Below are positions 26,901 through 39,742 of a stretch of DNA of 64,000 nucleotides, one piece after another. Source of the DNA: Chiloscyllium plagiosum (taxonomy: Eukaryota); NCBI RefSeq assembly GCF_004010195.1, contig NC_057755.1, positions 8,011,466 to 8,075,465 on the forward strand, read 5' to 3'. The notes beneath the pieces were generated by a model. The model searched no databases, had not been told where the DNA came from, and saw only the letters and a program-made list of their open reading frames with translations. A program made the translations under genes and the position numbers. The stretch's first letter is position 1; each line of letters starts with the position of its first letter.

Positions 26901-28219
26901 TTAGTAAGACAGACAATCTCTCAGTAACATCCACACACCAACATGCCCGGCAGTGAGTTGAGTTTTCATGTTGAAAATCGTTTTGAAATGATCGGTTAGC
27001 TGATTTAACCACTCACTGCTTGCAACGATGGCAATATGGCAACTGACGTACAGCAAGGTCCAACATACGACAACACTGCACCAGCTTCATAATCTGGTCA
27101 TTTTTTTCCCTCTGTGATGCTGGTTTGCCCCACCCTCGACCTTTGCCCCCGAATCTGTCTCCTTGAAAATATTGAATACTTTGTTCTCTGACACCTCCCC
27201 ATCCCCGATTCTGCCCCTGTTCATCTTCGTGTGTGGCCTACAACACCTCCTCACAATTCCCTCCTCACAGTTCTTCCCTTCTCAAATTCCCACCCACACA
27301 AATCATACCTCAGTCGCCCTCCCTCGCCCAATTGAGCACCAATTGCTGGCGGTGGGGGGTAGGGGGAGGGTGGAGTGTTAAGGGTCAAAACTGGGCTGTT
27401 GGAAACAATTGCCCTCATTCTGACATCCCCCTCCCCCCTCTGGTTTTCTGCCCCTTCCCTCAGTTTTCAATCTGCCCGCAATTATGTGACTCTCCGCCCA
27501 CCCCATTCCCATCCCTTGCATTTTTGCCCCCTCCCTTCCCACAAATTGTTCAGTCTCTTTTTTGCCCCTGTTGCTCCACCTCCATTTTCTCCAACATAAA
27601 AGCCCGTCCTCCCTTCCCTTCGTGTCATATATACTCCCCCCTCCTCGAGCCCCACCCCAATGGCTTTGATGGAAATGAGTCCGTGTGGATGGATCAACCT
27701 GTAGCTGCATCCTCCACCATCAATGCACAGCAAGATACCAGACCTGAATCCCTTCCTCCTCAAGAAGAGCGCCATTCGGTCAATTGTGCCAATCCTCTCT
27801 CCTCATGGAAGGCTGTGGGTTCTGTCCCAGGCTCCTCCTGAATTTGTCCCTGAATGGCCCTCGTTAAATCCCCCTCCCTGTGGAGACCTCTCCTCCCTGA
27901 TACCCTATCTGACCTCTTACCGTCCACACTATGAGCATGTGCAGAGACTGACCACGGGGATACACAACAAGATCCCAGTCTCCTGTCATTCTTTGTTGCC
28001 CCTGGGTCACTGAGATAGGGTTCGATTTGATCCCACTCCCCCTGTGCCCTGTTCTCTCTTCCCAAAATAACCTCAAGTCTTTACAGAGGGACAGATATAT
28101 TGGGTTTTAACTGTCTCCTCGAGGAGTCCTGCCTCCCATATCCTGAGGATTAACCTGTTTGTGTCACAATCGCAAGGCCCTGGTTACTTTCACTCAGGCT
28201 TCAAACCCAGGTTTAAAAA

Positions 28220-28560
28220 GAGACAGGGCAGCATTCTGACAGCATCAAACATCACCAAGAGAGGGACAGCACAGGGTTAGATACAGAGTAAATCTCCCTC
28301 TCCACTGTCCCATCAAACACTCGCAGGGCAGTGACAGCACCTGGTTAGAGACAGAATAATTCTCCTCTGCACTGTCCCATCAAATATTCCCTGGATACTG
28401 AGAGCAGGGGGTTAGATGCAGATTATCTCTCCCTCTCCACTGTCCCATCGAACATTTGCAGGACAATGACAACACATGATTAGATACAGAGTAAACATGT
28501 CTCTACATTGAACCCAATAAACACTGCCAGTACAGGGACTACATGGGGATAGATACAAAG
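28220..28560. repeat. ~61-bp satellite-like tandem repeat
   Basis: Unit ~GGGACAGCACAGGGTTAGATACAGAGTAAATCTCCCTCTCCACTGTCCCATCAAACACTCCCA. Confidence 0.9.
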
Positions 28561-30230
28561 TGTTACCCCATCTTTAGTAGAGCTTTGATATTGGGAAATC
28601 CCAATAAATTTGGTCATTCCGTGTCACTGTGTCACTCTGTGAGCGAGAGTGTATATGCTTGTACCATCAGGGACTTGCATTATTGGGGCTAATATGACTT
28701 TAATCCATGACCGATTAAATATTCAACAATATTTTCCAATTCTTTGTCCACAAATTTCAGAAAGCCAATGTGATGGTGTAACGCAATTCCAGAACTGATT
28801 TTGAGAGATGATCCCCTCTTCTGTCGTGACAGAATTCCTGATCCACAACTGAATCCTTCTCTGCTCCTGCCTCAAGTTAACATTGTACCATTTAGTCTGC
28901 ATTGTCCGTCCTCATTCTAACATTCAAACACCATCGCTTTCCATCTCATCGTACTCCATCTGCAGGAGGCTGAGAGATTATCATACACAAACTGTGAGGG
29001 TTTTTTTTTAATCTGCAAAACCAGGAAGAAGCATTCAAAACGTGTCAGTCATCTTTGGTATGTTGGTGGCAGCTATTTCAAGTTAGCCCAGCGCTGCCAT
29101 TGACATTATAAATAGGGAGATGCAAGAAAGAGTGGGGATTGGGGAGTGCGTCTGTATCTGAGTGCAGGAAAGGTTCACCAGAGTAGGTGGACAGCAAGAG
29201 GTCACTGGGGAGGAAGGGAAATGACGCAAACACAGGGTTGTGCCCCTGGGATTCAAAAGGATTGGACGGAATGAAAGTTTTTAATACATTAATGGAAATT
29301 GTTGGTATAGATAGAGAGAAAATCTTCTTGCTGCTTCTGAGTCCATGATCAGAATCAACGTCCAAAACTCGAACAGTACTCTGAAACCGTTTCAAGATTA
29401 AAATGAAGGAACAAAGCCTCCCATTTCTTTGTGTGATATTGCATACAATATGTCTTACTCACTCACTCACTGATCATATTCAACCCCCGTCACCCCTCCC
29501 AGTCTTTCTGTATCCTTGCATTTTACTGTCCCACATCTGTTTGTGTTATCAGCAAACGAAAGACAGGATCCCATCATCTCAGACATTCATAGAGACTGTG
29601 TTTAGTAAACACTGTAGGTAACAGTGAATGATTCCCTCCCATCTGCTGCTGTATAGCTCGTGTCTGTCTCAGAGTCAGCTCTGAAACATCTAAAGGACTG
29701 TGCGTCTCTGGCTCTGTATCTGTGTCTGTAACTCTCTCGCTCTGCCTCTGCATACATCTTCCCCATTCCATCAATCACACTGAGGAAATTTCAAATCTGC
29801 TCAATTCGCTGTAACCCAATTTGAGATGTCACTGAGGACATGGAATGTATTTTATAAATGTCCATCCCTCATTTACCTTGTGGGTTTGCAGTGCCAGGCT
29901 GTGATTTGGTTAAGTCCAGGCAAGGCCTCTTCCCCCAAGGACATTGGGTGACCGTTTTGTTCTTTATAACAAATAGAAAGCCCTCAACTTCACATGTCTA
30001 TTTCACAGGAATTCTGTGCTTCATATTTATTGGCCAACAACAGTTTCTCTGTGAATGTTTTGCTGAGATGACGTCAAAAATCCTGAGGACCAATTTCATC
30101 CTCAGACACCTTCCCAAAGACAGTAAACAGCGTCTGCGTGTATCCTCTTCAAGTCTCTCTGTCTCTCCCGCATGCCATCACACTATTGTTCTCTCCCATT
30201 CTCTCTCTGTCTCTCTCTCTCCCTCTCTTT

Positions 30231-30231
<1 letters not shown>

Positions 30232-30283
<52 letters not shown>
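30232..30283. repeat. (CA)n microsatellite
   Basis: Direct inspection. Confidence 0.95.
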
Positions 30284-30285
<2 letters not shown>

Positions 30286-31049
30286 TCTCGGTTTGGTTCT
30301 TGTGTCTAAATGAACCGTGGCGACCTGAGGGAGAGGGTGAGATTAGGGAATTGAGCTCGATGGTCAGCGTTGATCATATTGACTGAAAGAGCATGCTCGA
30401 GGGGCCGAATGGACTACTCCTGCTCCTTTCTTCTATGTTTCTACGTGATGTCACTCCAGGATCACTGACAAGGCCCTCGTTGGATAGGAGAGAAAGTTGT
30501 GAGGACGACCAAAGAGGCTGGGGCCCGATGTGGCCAGCTTCACTGAGTGGGCAAGTCATTGGCAGACAGAATATAATTTGGAGAAATGTCCATGTGCAGC
30601 ACAGATTTCCAAACTAACTTAGTGACAGATTAAAATCCCCATTAGCTGCCCAGTCCACACTTCTAGACACAAGGATGTTTTGTCCCTGAGGGAGGGCCGG
30701 TTTCTGACTGGATATTATTACATTGCAACATGAAGGTACTGAATGTAACAGAGTTTGCTACATTCCATCATATTTTCTACTTTGCTGTCTGCGTTTTGTG
30801 AATTATATTGAAAACATTGGCAAGTGGAATATCATACATTGGAGCGTGATTTGCAACAAGACTAGAAAAAGCAGAATGTTTATGTTTAAAATGCTGAGAA
30901 ATTCTGAAATGCTATTGTCCACAGGTTTGGATGATCGTGTACATAAAGATCAGAAGCTTGACATGATGGTAATGCCAGCAGATAGGAGGACAAGTGATGC
31001 ATTGAACGTTCTTGTTAGGCGATTTCTTTAGGGACACGAGCTTAACACG

Positions 31050-31280
31050 ACAGGCAGTGAGTTACAAACTGGAATATAATCGAGGGGTTCAGTGTGGCTT
31101 ATATACAGAATGACAGGTACATAGGAGTGAGTTACAGGCTGGTATTTAATCGAAGGTTTGGCTGTGCATTATATGTTGAATACCAGACACCCAGAAGCGA
31201 GTTACAGACTGGAATCTAATTGAGGGGTTTGTGGTGCCTGATGTGTGAAAAAACAAATAACCGGGAGTGAGTCACAGTGT
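31050..31280. repeat. ~67-bp tandem repeat (also at 40850-41080 and 41400-41570)
   Basis: Recurring GGAGTGAGTTACAGACTGGAAT..AATCGAGGGGTT...TTTATATACAGAA. Confidence 0.8.
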
Positions 31281-31525
31281 CTAGAGACAAAGAGATGTAC
31301 AGCACAGAAACAGACCCTTTGGTCAACTTGTTCATGTCGACCAGATATCTTGACCTAATCTCATCCCATTTTCCAGCACTTAGCCCATGTCCCTCCAAAC
31401 CCTTCATTTCGTATACCCATCTAGATGCATTTTAAATATTGCAATTATACCAGCCTCCATCACTTCCGCAGGCAGCTCATTCCATACATGTATCACCCTG
31501 TGTTTGAAAAAAGTTGCCTCTTTGA
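31280..31525 (-). mobile_element. CR1 3'-end fragment
   Basis: Similar to the 3' UTR fragment at 11890-12110. Confidence 0.65.
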
Positions 31526-31691
31526 TATTTTTCCACAATGTGGAAATATAATGTGGAGAAATGTCTATGTGCAGCACAGATTTCCAAACTAACGCATTGA
31601 CAGAATAAAATCCCCAATCCTTGCCGAGTCCACAACTCCAGACCCAGGAAGGCTTTTACCCTGAGGGATTGAGGGCAGGTTTCTTACTGGA

Positions 31692-32454
31692 TGTGAGAAA
31701 CAAAGCTCACACACTTCAATAATTGCAGTCCGAGACAAAATCTGAATCAGTAGTGTCCTTTATTTTTACACTTGCAAGTGGGTGTGATGTCCAGTGCCAA
31801 GCAAGGCAGAGGACATACACACCAAATTCAACAAACTCTCGATATTTATATAATTTGGATCTTACATTTTTTTTTTCTTATTTCATTGTTTCCCCCCCTG
31901 TTTACATCCTTCACTTCCCCAAGACTGGTCCCACCACTTCTGCTTATCTCTTGTCTTATCCGGCCTTATCTGTGACGAAATGCTTTTTTCTGGCCTCACA
32001 AGGCCGTTTGACCTCATCCCGCTGCAGGTCATTATTAGGCATATTCTTTCTTCATCAGTATCTACTCTTTCCATCTGGGTTTCTCCCGAAGCCACTCTGA
32101 TCCCTATGACCTCTTTAATTAGGGTTTGTTCCTGTGTCTCTGTAAAAGTGGGAAACAGATGTTCATGCCTACTATTTGTACAGGCATATCTGGCCTAACT
32201 TCATCCCCTCACAACATCTTATCTATTTGCCCATAATATCTACCATTGTTTTGCAATCACGTTTCATGCTGGCATACAATTTTAGCTGATACAAAAACAA
32301 TTATATATTTCCTCTACATAGTTTCCATTCTTGTTGACTCAGCTCCCGGCCGAAACAACCACACACTGATGTGAGTTCATTTACTTTGTATCAGAAATTA
32401 TAATTGCAGAATTGCAGAACTGCAGAAGTAACATTAATTTACCTTTATCCCACA
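31692..32454 (-). repeat. ERV 3' LTR (763 bp)
   Basis: TG...CA ends with imperfect inverted termini; minus-strand TATATAAA at ~31845-31852 and AATAAA at ~31759-31764; about 97% identical to 39743-40502 by hand alignment. Confidence 0.97.
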
Positions 32455-32472
32455 ATTTCCCCTTTTTCTTTT
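32455..32472 (-). promoter_or_regulatory. Polypurine tract
   Basis: AAAAGAAAAAGGGGAAAT immediately before the 3' LTR. Confidence 0.92.
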
Positions 32473-32505
32473 GTTATCATTTGTTATCTTCTGCATTTTT
32501 TTCTT

Positions 32506-34218
32506 TTAAACATCGTCCCCGAAATTCGCTTGCATCATTCCGGAGATTTCATCCATCTTGGTCTCACTCATCTCCTCATCATTTAGTCGATAAAGTTCCT
32601 CTGTCTGATTCCCTTTTTGGGGCATCTGTTTCATCAAGGCTGTTTCAATCAGTCTTTGGGTGAGCCCTCGTATACAGGGTATGATACAACAGCCAATGGC
32701 CACCAATACCCCAACTACTACCATCAGGGAAGTAAGGATAGAAACCACCACCCCTTCCATTTTCCAAACCATGATTCAAGCCATCCCGTGAGAGATGTGT
32801 CTACTCCTGAATTCTCAGCCAGTTCCTCTGCTAAGGTAGTCTATCCCCTCAAGGTCCGACTAATTGAACCATCAGGTGCAGTGTTATTAGGAATAAAGGT
32901 ACAACAGCTTCCTCCTAACATCACACACACACACCCTTTTTCTGCTAAAATCATATCAAGGGCAATTCTGTTTTCCCATGCCATCCTACTTGTCGCATCA
33001 AGCTGTTCTGATATTCCTTTAACCGCATCTCTTGTATAATTTATAAATCGCTGTTGATTACAGAAAATGTAATTTATCCAATCTACATTTTTATTAACTG
33101 TGACCCACCAAAAGGGAGCTGACTCATAGCCTGCTGCAATCTGATTACGAGCCTTGAACTCATCAGGTACATGCCTAGGGACTCCTACAGAATCGAGATA
33201 AATCCTGTCATCGAATGAAGTGNNNNNNNNNNNNNNNNNNNNNNNNNNNNNNNNNNNNNNNNNNNNNNNNNNNNNNNNNNNNNNNNNNNNNNNNNNNNNN
33301 NNNNNNNNNNNNNNNNNNNNNNNNNNNNNNNNNNNNNNNNNNNNNNNNNNNNNNNNNNNNNNNNNNNNNNNNNNNNNNNNNNNNNNNNNNNNNNNNNNNN
33401 NNNNNNNNNNNNNNNNNNNNNNNNNNNNNNNNNNNNNNNNNNNNNNNNNNNNNNNNNNNNNNNNNNNNNNNNNNNNNNNNNNNNNNNNNNNNNNNNNNNN
33501 NNNNNNNNNNNNNNNNNNNNNNNNNNNNNNNNNNNNNNNNNNNNNNNNNNNNNNNNNNNNNNNNNNNNNNNNNNNNNNNNNNNNNNNNNNNNNNNNNNNN
33601 NNNNNNNNNNNNNNNNNNNNNNNNNNNNNNNNNNNNNNNNNNNNNNNNNNNNNNNNNNNNNNNNNNNNNNNNNNNNNNNNNNNNNNNNNNNNNNNNNNNN
33701 NNNNNNNNNNNNNNNNNNNNNNNNNNNNNNNNNNNNNNNNNNNNNNNNNNNNNNNNNNNNNNNNNTAATTCGAAAACAACAGCCCAAGAAATCCCTCCCA
33801 TTTGCTTTCATTTTGATCCCAAATGTTTCATTTAATTATATCTCATAGGTGCCCCCCCCCCCAGAATTGCTTCGTGCCATGTGGTTTTCCTTATTGTTAG
33901 GTATATTGGGTTACACTTTTTATCGAAACAATCACGAGCTGGTCGGAAGGGGGCCCGGTGTACTGTGACGGGACCATTATACCAAGTACCATCCCCGAGG
34001 CCATCCCCATAGGACTTAAGATGTATCTCAGAGCTGCGGTACTGTCTCTGATTATCTACATCCCCGCAATTCACTAAACTGCATGCATTAGTGTCTATCA
34101 CTTGTAGATTATCAGACTCAGGAACTGTTAATAATACATATGAAAATAATATTTGACGAAATCCCAATACTAAGAGGGCTAGCATCATAACTCTAAGCAT
34201 TCCCAGTATTCTAAACAT
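32506..34218 (-). pseudogene. env: ERV env (gamma-type), frameshifted and partly in an assembly gap
   Basis: Hydrophobic signal-like N-terminus; ISD-like ENRIALDMILAEKG; CX6CC (CVMLGGSCC); membrane anchor GVVVSILTSLMVVVGVLVAIGCC; frameshifts near 33855 and 32843. Confidence 0.92.
33223..33765. other. Assembly gap (543 N)
   Basis: Run of N. Confidence 1.
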
Positions 34219-34299
34219 AATGCTGAAGCACAAAAAGACTTAATATACAATCTTACAGAAATAATCCCGTGCTCGCGTCGCCACTGTATAATCAGTTAC

Positions 34300-37200
34300 T
34301 CAAAGTCTCTTTAGTCTGAGTTTCAGCGGGTCTTGTGTTGATTCGGCTGTCCAGACTTCTTCCTCAACTGGAGGGTCCACAGGCCCTTTGATCCGAGTGT
34401 AGTGAGTCCAACCTTTCTTCGCCGTCCTTATTGCCGTTTCGGTAGTCAAAAGAGCCTGATACGGCCCTTCCCAGTCCGGCTGCAATTTAGTCTCTGTCCA
34501 TGATTTTACTAAGATCCAATCGCCCAGCCGGATGGGGTGAACGGTGATTCAAGGGGTGGAGTCTGTGCCAATAAACCCTGTTTCCTGAGGAAAGATAAAG
34601 AGGAGGACAAGCCCAATATATAATTCTTTAAAAACAAATCTTTAGTTTCGGGAATTGGCAATTCTCCATTCGTTCCCAGATAAGGTAATCCAAATAAAAT
34701 TTCATAGGGGGATAGTCCCAAATCTTTCCTTGGGGCTGTTCGTACCCGCAAGAGAGCTATAGGTAAACATTTGGTCCAAGGGAGTCTGGTTTTTATTATC
34801 AATTTAGAGATCTGTCGTTTGAGTGTTTGGTTCATTCTCTCAACCCTTCCCGATGATGGTGGGTGCCACGGAGTATGGAACTCCCAGGAAATTCACAACC
34901 CCTTCATTACCCCCTGTAACAGGTAAAATGGGTTCCTTGGTCGGAATCTATACGGTTCACTAGCCCATATCGGGGAAATATGTGCTCCAATGTTGTTTTA
35001 GACACCCCACTCGCAGTGGCGGTAGCTAGGTGGTATGCCTCAACTCAACCAGATAGATGATCTACTATGACAATCATATATTTTAGTCTTCCTACTCTGG
35101 GTAGTTCAGTATAATTTACTTGTATACTCTGGAAGGGTCTCAATCCTGCGTTTCTTCCTCCCGGGGTCTGTTTTCTCAAGACTTTTTTATTTACTTTTCT
35201 GCATATTATACATCCCTCACATATTTGTTTAGCAATTGTATATATTCCTTTACATCCATATTCCCTAAGAACTAAATCACACATTGCTTGTACTCCCCAA
35301 TGACTGCCTTGGTGTAGGACAGCCATAATCTCTCACATCATCATTTTGTTTAACATTTCCCTTCCATCAGCTAACCTCCAATGCCCGTCTGGTGTTTTTG
35401 CAGCCCCTAAATCTCTCAATTCTTTTTCTTCTCTTTCAGTAAATTATAGGAGCTTCCCTAGGATCTGGGACAGTAGGTATTAGGGAATGAATCACTACTG
35501 CTTGTGGGTTCAGGGCGGCCTCCCTAGCCACTTCATCGGCTAATCTATTTCCCCTAACTTCTGGTTCATTTCCTTTCTGATGACCATTTACGTGCACTAT
35601 GGCTATCTCTCGGGGGAGTAATAGGGATTCCAAGACTCGTTTAATCAATTCTTCGTGAACTAATTCCTTCCCCCGCCAATGATCAGTCCTCTTTCCTGCC
35701 ATATCTTTCCGAAAGTGTGCACAACACCAAATGCATATTTAGAGTCAGTGTATACTGTTCCCTCTTTATTTTCTAATGCCCTAAGGGCTCTTTCCAATGC
35801 ATACAGTTCGCAGGTCTGAGCTGACCACCCATTTGGCAGCCTTCCTGCCTCCACCACACTACCTTTTGTCCCATTTACGACTGCATACCCATTATGTCTT
35901 TTCCCTTCAGTCACCCGGGATGATCCATCTATAAAAAGTCTAGCCCCTGCTTGGAGCAGAACATCTCTCAGGTCCATGCGGACCTTAGTTTGGTATTCTA
36001 TAATGTCAAGGCAGTCGTGCCTGGATTCTGAGGAGAGTCTCCTTCCCCTTTCCAAAGAAAGGCAGCTGGATTTAAACAATTATCAGTGACCAACACTAGA
36101 TCATCTTTTTCTATTAATATCGCCTCATATTTCAGAATCCACGAGTCTGTCAACCATCGCCCAGCTTTTTGGTTTAGGATCGTTCTCACTTGGTGTGGGC
36201 TGCTTACTATTAGGGCTCCCCCAAATGTCAGCTTTCTGCTTTCCTGCACCAACAGTGCAGTGGCAGCCACAGCCTGCACACACTCAGGCCATCCCCGGGA
36301 TACTGAATCCAATAGCTTCGAAGGATATGCTACTGGCTGTCTCATCCCTCCCCACCTCTTAGTTAATACTCCCAAAGCCGCTCCCTTATCTACGGTAGCA
36401 AAGAGGTGGAAAGGTTTATCTAGGGAAGGTAAGGCTAAGACGGGGGCATGAATCAGATCTCTTTTGAGTTTCTCAACTAGTTCTTTTTCCTCATCATCCC
36501 AATTTAGACATTTTGGCTCCCCCTCTAATAGTTTGAGATATAATTTCCTAGTCTTCTGAGCATAGGAATCTATCCACAATCTGCAATATCCCATTAGACC
36601 CAAAAATTTGCGTAACTCCCGTTTAGTGCTGGGCAGTGGCATCCCCACTATTCCCTCTATCCGTTCTGGGCTTATCTTTCGATTGCCCTCACACACTAAA
36701 TGTCCCAAGTATTTTACTTCTTGCTCCACATATTGTAATTTGTTTCTAGATACTCGCAGTCCTTGCTGACCCAGGAAATTCAATAATTTGTTAGTGGCTT
36801 CTACTATTTCTCTTCTTTTTCCTGTTACTAAGACATCGTCTACGTACTGCAACAGGGTAGTCCCCTTGGGGTTGCTAAATTTCTCCAATATTTGTTCTAA
36901 CATCTGTCCAAATAAATTCGGGGATTCCGTAAACCCCTGGGGGAGCACAGTCCACCGGTATTGCTGTTTCTGTCCTGTCTTAGTGTCTTCCCATTCAAAA
37001 GCGAACAAGTTCCTACTTTCCTCCACCAAGGGACAAGCCCAAAAGGCATCCTTTAAATCTATTGCACTAAACCATTTGTGGTCATGAGGGATCTTACTTA
37101 ATAACGTATAGGGGTTTGGCACCACTGGGTGTCTGATCTGTACTATTCGATTTAATGTTCTCAAATCCTGCACCAATCGATAAGTTCCATCAGATTTCCG

Positions 37201-37806
37201 CACTGGCAGAATTGGGGTATTATAAGGAGACATACATGGCTCCAACAGACCATCTCTAATCAGTCCTTCAATTACTGGCTGCAGTCCTCGTTAACCTTCT
37301 ATGGAAATAGAATATTGTCGCTCACAGACAACATTCCCTTTCCGTTTTAAATTTATTAGAAGGGGAGGGATCTGTAGTTTTCCACGATTCCCTTCTCTAG
37401 CCCATACAATAGGGTCTATCTCTCTCGCCACATCCTCTGTCAACTTTGCCATTTGTACAACTAATTATTTTTCCTGAATTCCAATCTCCAGTCCTAAGAG
37501 GATAATTAAGTCTCTCCCTAGTAAGTTACTTCCTATATCAAGGATATACATCAGTTCCCCTATGACCCTATCCTTCGGACCTTCTATCATCATAGGTTTA
37601 AATACTGGAACAGTAAATCCTTCCCCTTTTACCCCCGAAACAGTAATTGACCGTGTCGACATTTCTACTTTCTTTGGTTTAAAATTCAACGATGACCGTG
37701 CTGCCCCCGTATCTACTAGGAAGACTACCTCTTCCATATAGGGTCCCACCTTCAGGTTTATCAAGGGTTCCTGGTTGGCCCCCGAGGGCAGGAACCCCTG
37801 ACACCC
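34300..37806 (-). pseudogene. pol: ERV pro-pol (protease, RT, RNase H, integrase), disrupted
   Basis: LVDTGA and LLGRD; DLKDAF, LPQGF, YVDD; FIDGSS, AQTCEL, YTDSKY; integrase H-H-C-C, DSDQG and ERMNQTLK; WEGPY C-terminal motif. Multiple stops and frameshifts; the first integrase Asp reads N. Confidence 0.96.
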
Positions 37807-37809
37807 CTA
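37758..37809 (-). promoter_or_regulatory. gag amber stop with readthrough stem signal
   Basis: TAG (37809-37807) GGGTGTCA GGGGTTCCTG...CAGGAACCC; pro is in frame with gag. Confidence 0.85.
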
Positions 37810-39428
37810 TTCTTCATCAAAATTCATAAGCGGAATTGCCCTTTCTTCCCTTTGTAGATCAGGACACTCCCGCTTAAAATGTCCTATCTTCCCACAATAA
37901 TACATCCTGCCTGTGAAGACCTCCATCTCTGCCCCTGTCTCTCGAACCCTCTATCAAATGCTCCCCCTTGTCCTCTCCCTCTCCCTCTTCCTCTCTGTCT
38001 TACATGCTGCCACCCGCCACTCCGGTTGCTCACTATTGGTTCATTTCTTTTCTTTACTACCGCATTAACCGGAGCTACCATCATTTTCACCTTCTGTTTT
38101 TGTCTCTCATCCTCCCTCTTTACAAACACTTTCTGTGGCTCTCTTAACAATTCATCTAATGGTTTTTCACTCCACTCTTCTAGCTTCTGTATCTTTCTCT
38201 GTAGGTCTGCCCATGCCTTTGTCACAAAATGTACTTTCAAAAGACCCTGTGCCACTGGGTCCTCAGGGTTCATTCCAGAATATTTCCGCATTGAGTCCCT
38301 TAATCTTTGCAAGAAAGCTCAGGGAGTCTCATCTTTCTCCTGTCTAACTTCAAACGCTTTAGTCAAATTCTGTGACTTCGGCACTGCCTTTCTTATTCCT
38401 TTTAGAACCAGGTCTTTCAATTCCCTCATTTCTTCTCTATGCTCCGGGTTTTGGTTTTCCCACTGGGGGTCTCTGAGGGGAAACTTCACCTCTCCCTGTC
38501 CAGCATCCCCATCTCCAATCGGGTGTTCTCTGTCCCATATTTTAATGGCGGCTCCTCGTATAAGTCCCCTTTCTTCCCCAGTAAATAGTACATTCAAAAT
38601 AGACATTAACTCAGCCCAGGTATACAGACTTGGCCCCAAAAATTGATCAATTTGTTCAGACAACCCCACCGGATCCTCAACTAGGACCTTCATTTCCTTT
38701 TTAAATGTTCTGACCTCCCCACTGGTGAGGGGGGCATTTACAAACACAATCTCTTTGTCCCCTATTGGTACTTCCCGAAAGGGATAGGTAGTTACGTTCT
38801 TCCCCTTTTTCTTAGGTTTACCCCCCTTAGGCTTTGATTTAGATCCTCCGAAGGCCTCCTCTACATCTACTGTAGCTTCCCTTTCTTTTGCTGAGGATTG
38901 AGGGTCAGGAACAACAACATCCCCGTCCACCGCCCCCTCATCCTCCTCTTGTGAATCCGTTCTCTGTCCCTGTCTGGCTGTCTGTCTCTCCTCCTCCCCC
39001 ATGTTCATCTAACCTGATTTCATGGTACGGGGGGGCAAACAGCCAAGAGGATCCCAGGGACTAGGTGGGGCAGAGGGGGAATCCATTGTCTTTACTACCA
39101 TCATTCCCAAACTGCCCTTCCAACAGGGCGCATAGTCCGCCTCCTCTTGACTAAAAGGTTGTTTTTTATTCACATACAAATCTAAATACTGACATACCCA
39201 ATCCTCGTCCGAACCATACTTTGGCCAGAAGACAGCCGGACGAAGGATTGGGTCTTTGGTCTATACTAAACAACAATATTTAATCATTTTCTTTTTATCT
39301 TTTGCTCTTGTAAAAGTATTACTTGTCCATTCCTGCAACATCCTCCCCAACGGACTTTGCAAAGGAATGTTACCAGGGACTTTTTCTTCTTCCTTTACTC
39401 CGTGACTGTTACTCTGCTTACCCCCCAT
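37807..39428 (-). pseudogene. gag: ERV gag, disrupted
   Basis: Myristoylation-type start MGGKQS; PSAP late motif; MHR-like VRQEKDETP*AFLQRLRD; single CCHC knuckle C-x2-CGKIGHFKREC broken by a 1-bp deletion near 37900. Confidence 0.93.
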
Positions 39429-39723
39429 TTCCCGGGGCCCTCGCTTGTCCCTCAGCGAGTAAATACCCCTTTTCCCGGCCACCAAGGCAATACTTAAAAG
39501 TCAGGTTTCTTACCTTGGTCTGAGCACAGATTTGCCTGGCCCTTATCGTCGTATGTTCTATCGAGCTCCTATCACTGTCTGATTCAGATGTCTCTCTTGT
39601 GGGATCCGTACCAGTCGCCCAAGGGATCGGACCAAACCAGAACACGAGACCGCTCCTCAATGGGGAACGGGACGCGTCTTCCCAGTGTCCAAGGCCAGCC
39701 ACTCCCCCCGGCGATGGAAGAAA

Positions 39724-39740
39724 ATCCCGGACAGCCCCCA
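39724..39740 (-). promoter_or_regulatory. Primer-binding site, tRNA-Pro-like
   Basis: TGGGGGCTGTCCGGGAT, 2 nt after the 5' LTR; equals the MLV Pro PBS TGGGGGCTCGTCCGGGAT minus one C. Confidence 0.9.
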
Positions 39741-39742
39741 AT

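Noticed and set aside
26254..27012. ER- and SL-rich ORFs (also at 8741-9170)
   Set aside because: Translations of dinucleotide microsatellites.
25200..28200. Faint CR1 ORF1-like remnants on the minus strand (25200-25370 and 27900-28150)
   Set aside because: Similarity too weak to support without an alignment.
33185..33835. Long ORFs containing X
   Set aside because: Artefacts of the N gap.
32506..34218. Domesticated, syncytin-like env
   Set aside because: env has at least two frameshifts and lies in a provirus with similar LTRs; no sign of selective preservation.
36086..38646. Antisense ORFs within the ERV (e.g. 37879-38646, 255 aa)
   Set aside because: Shadows of gag/pol; no motif supporting an antisense accessory gene.
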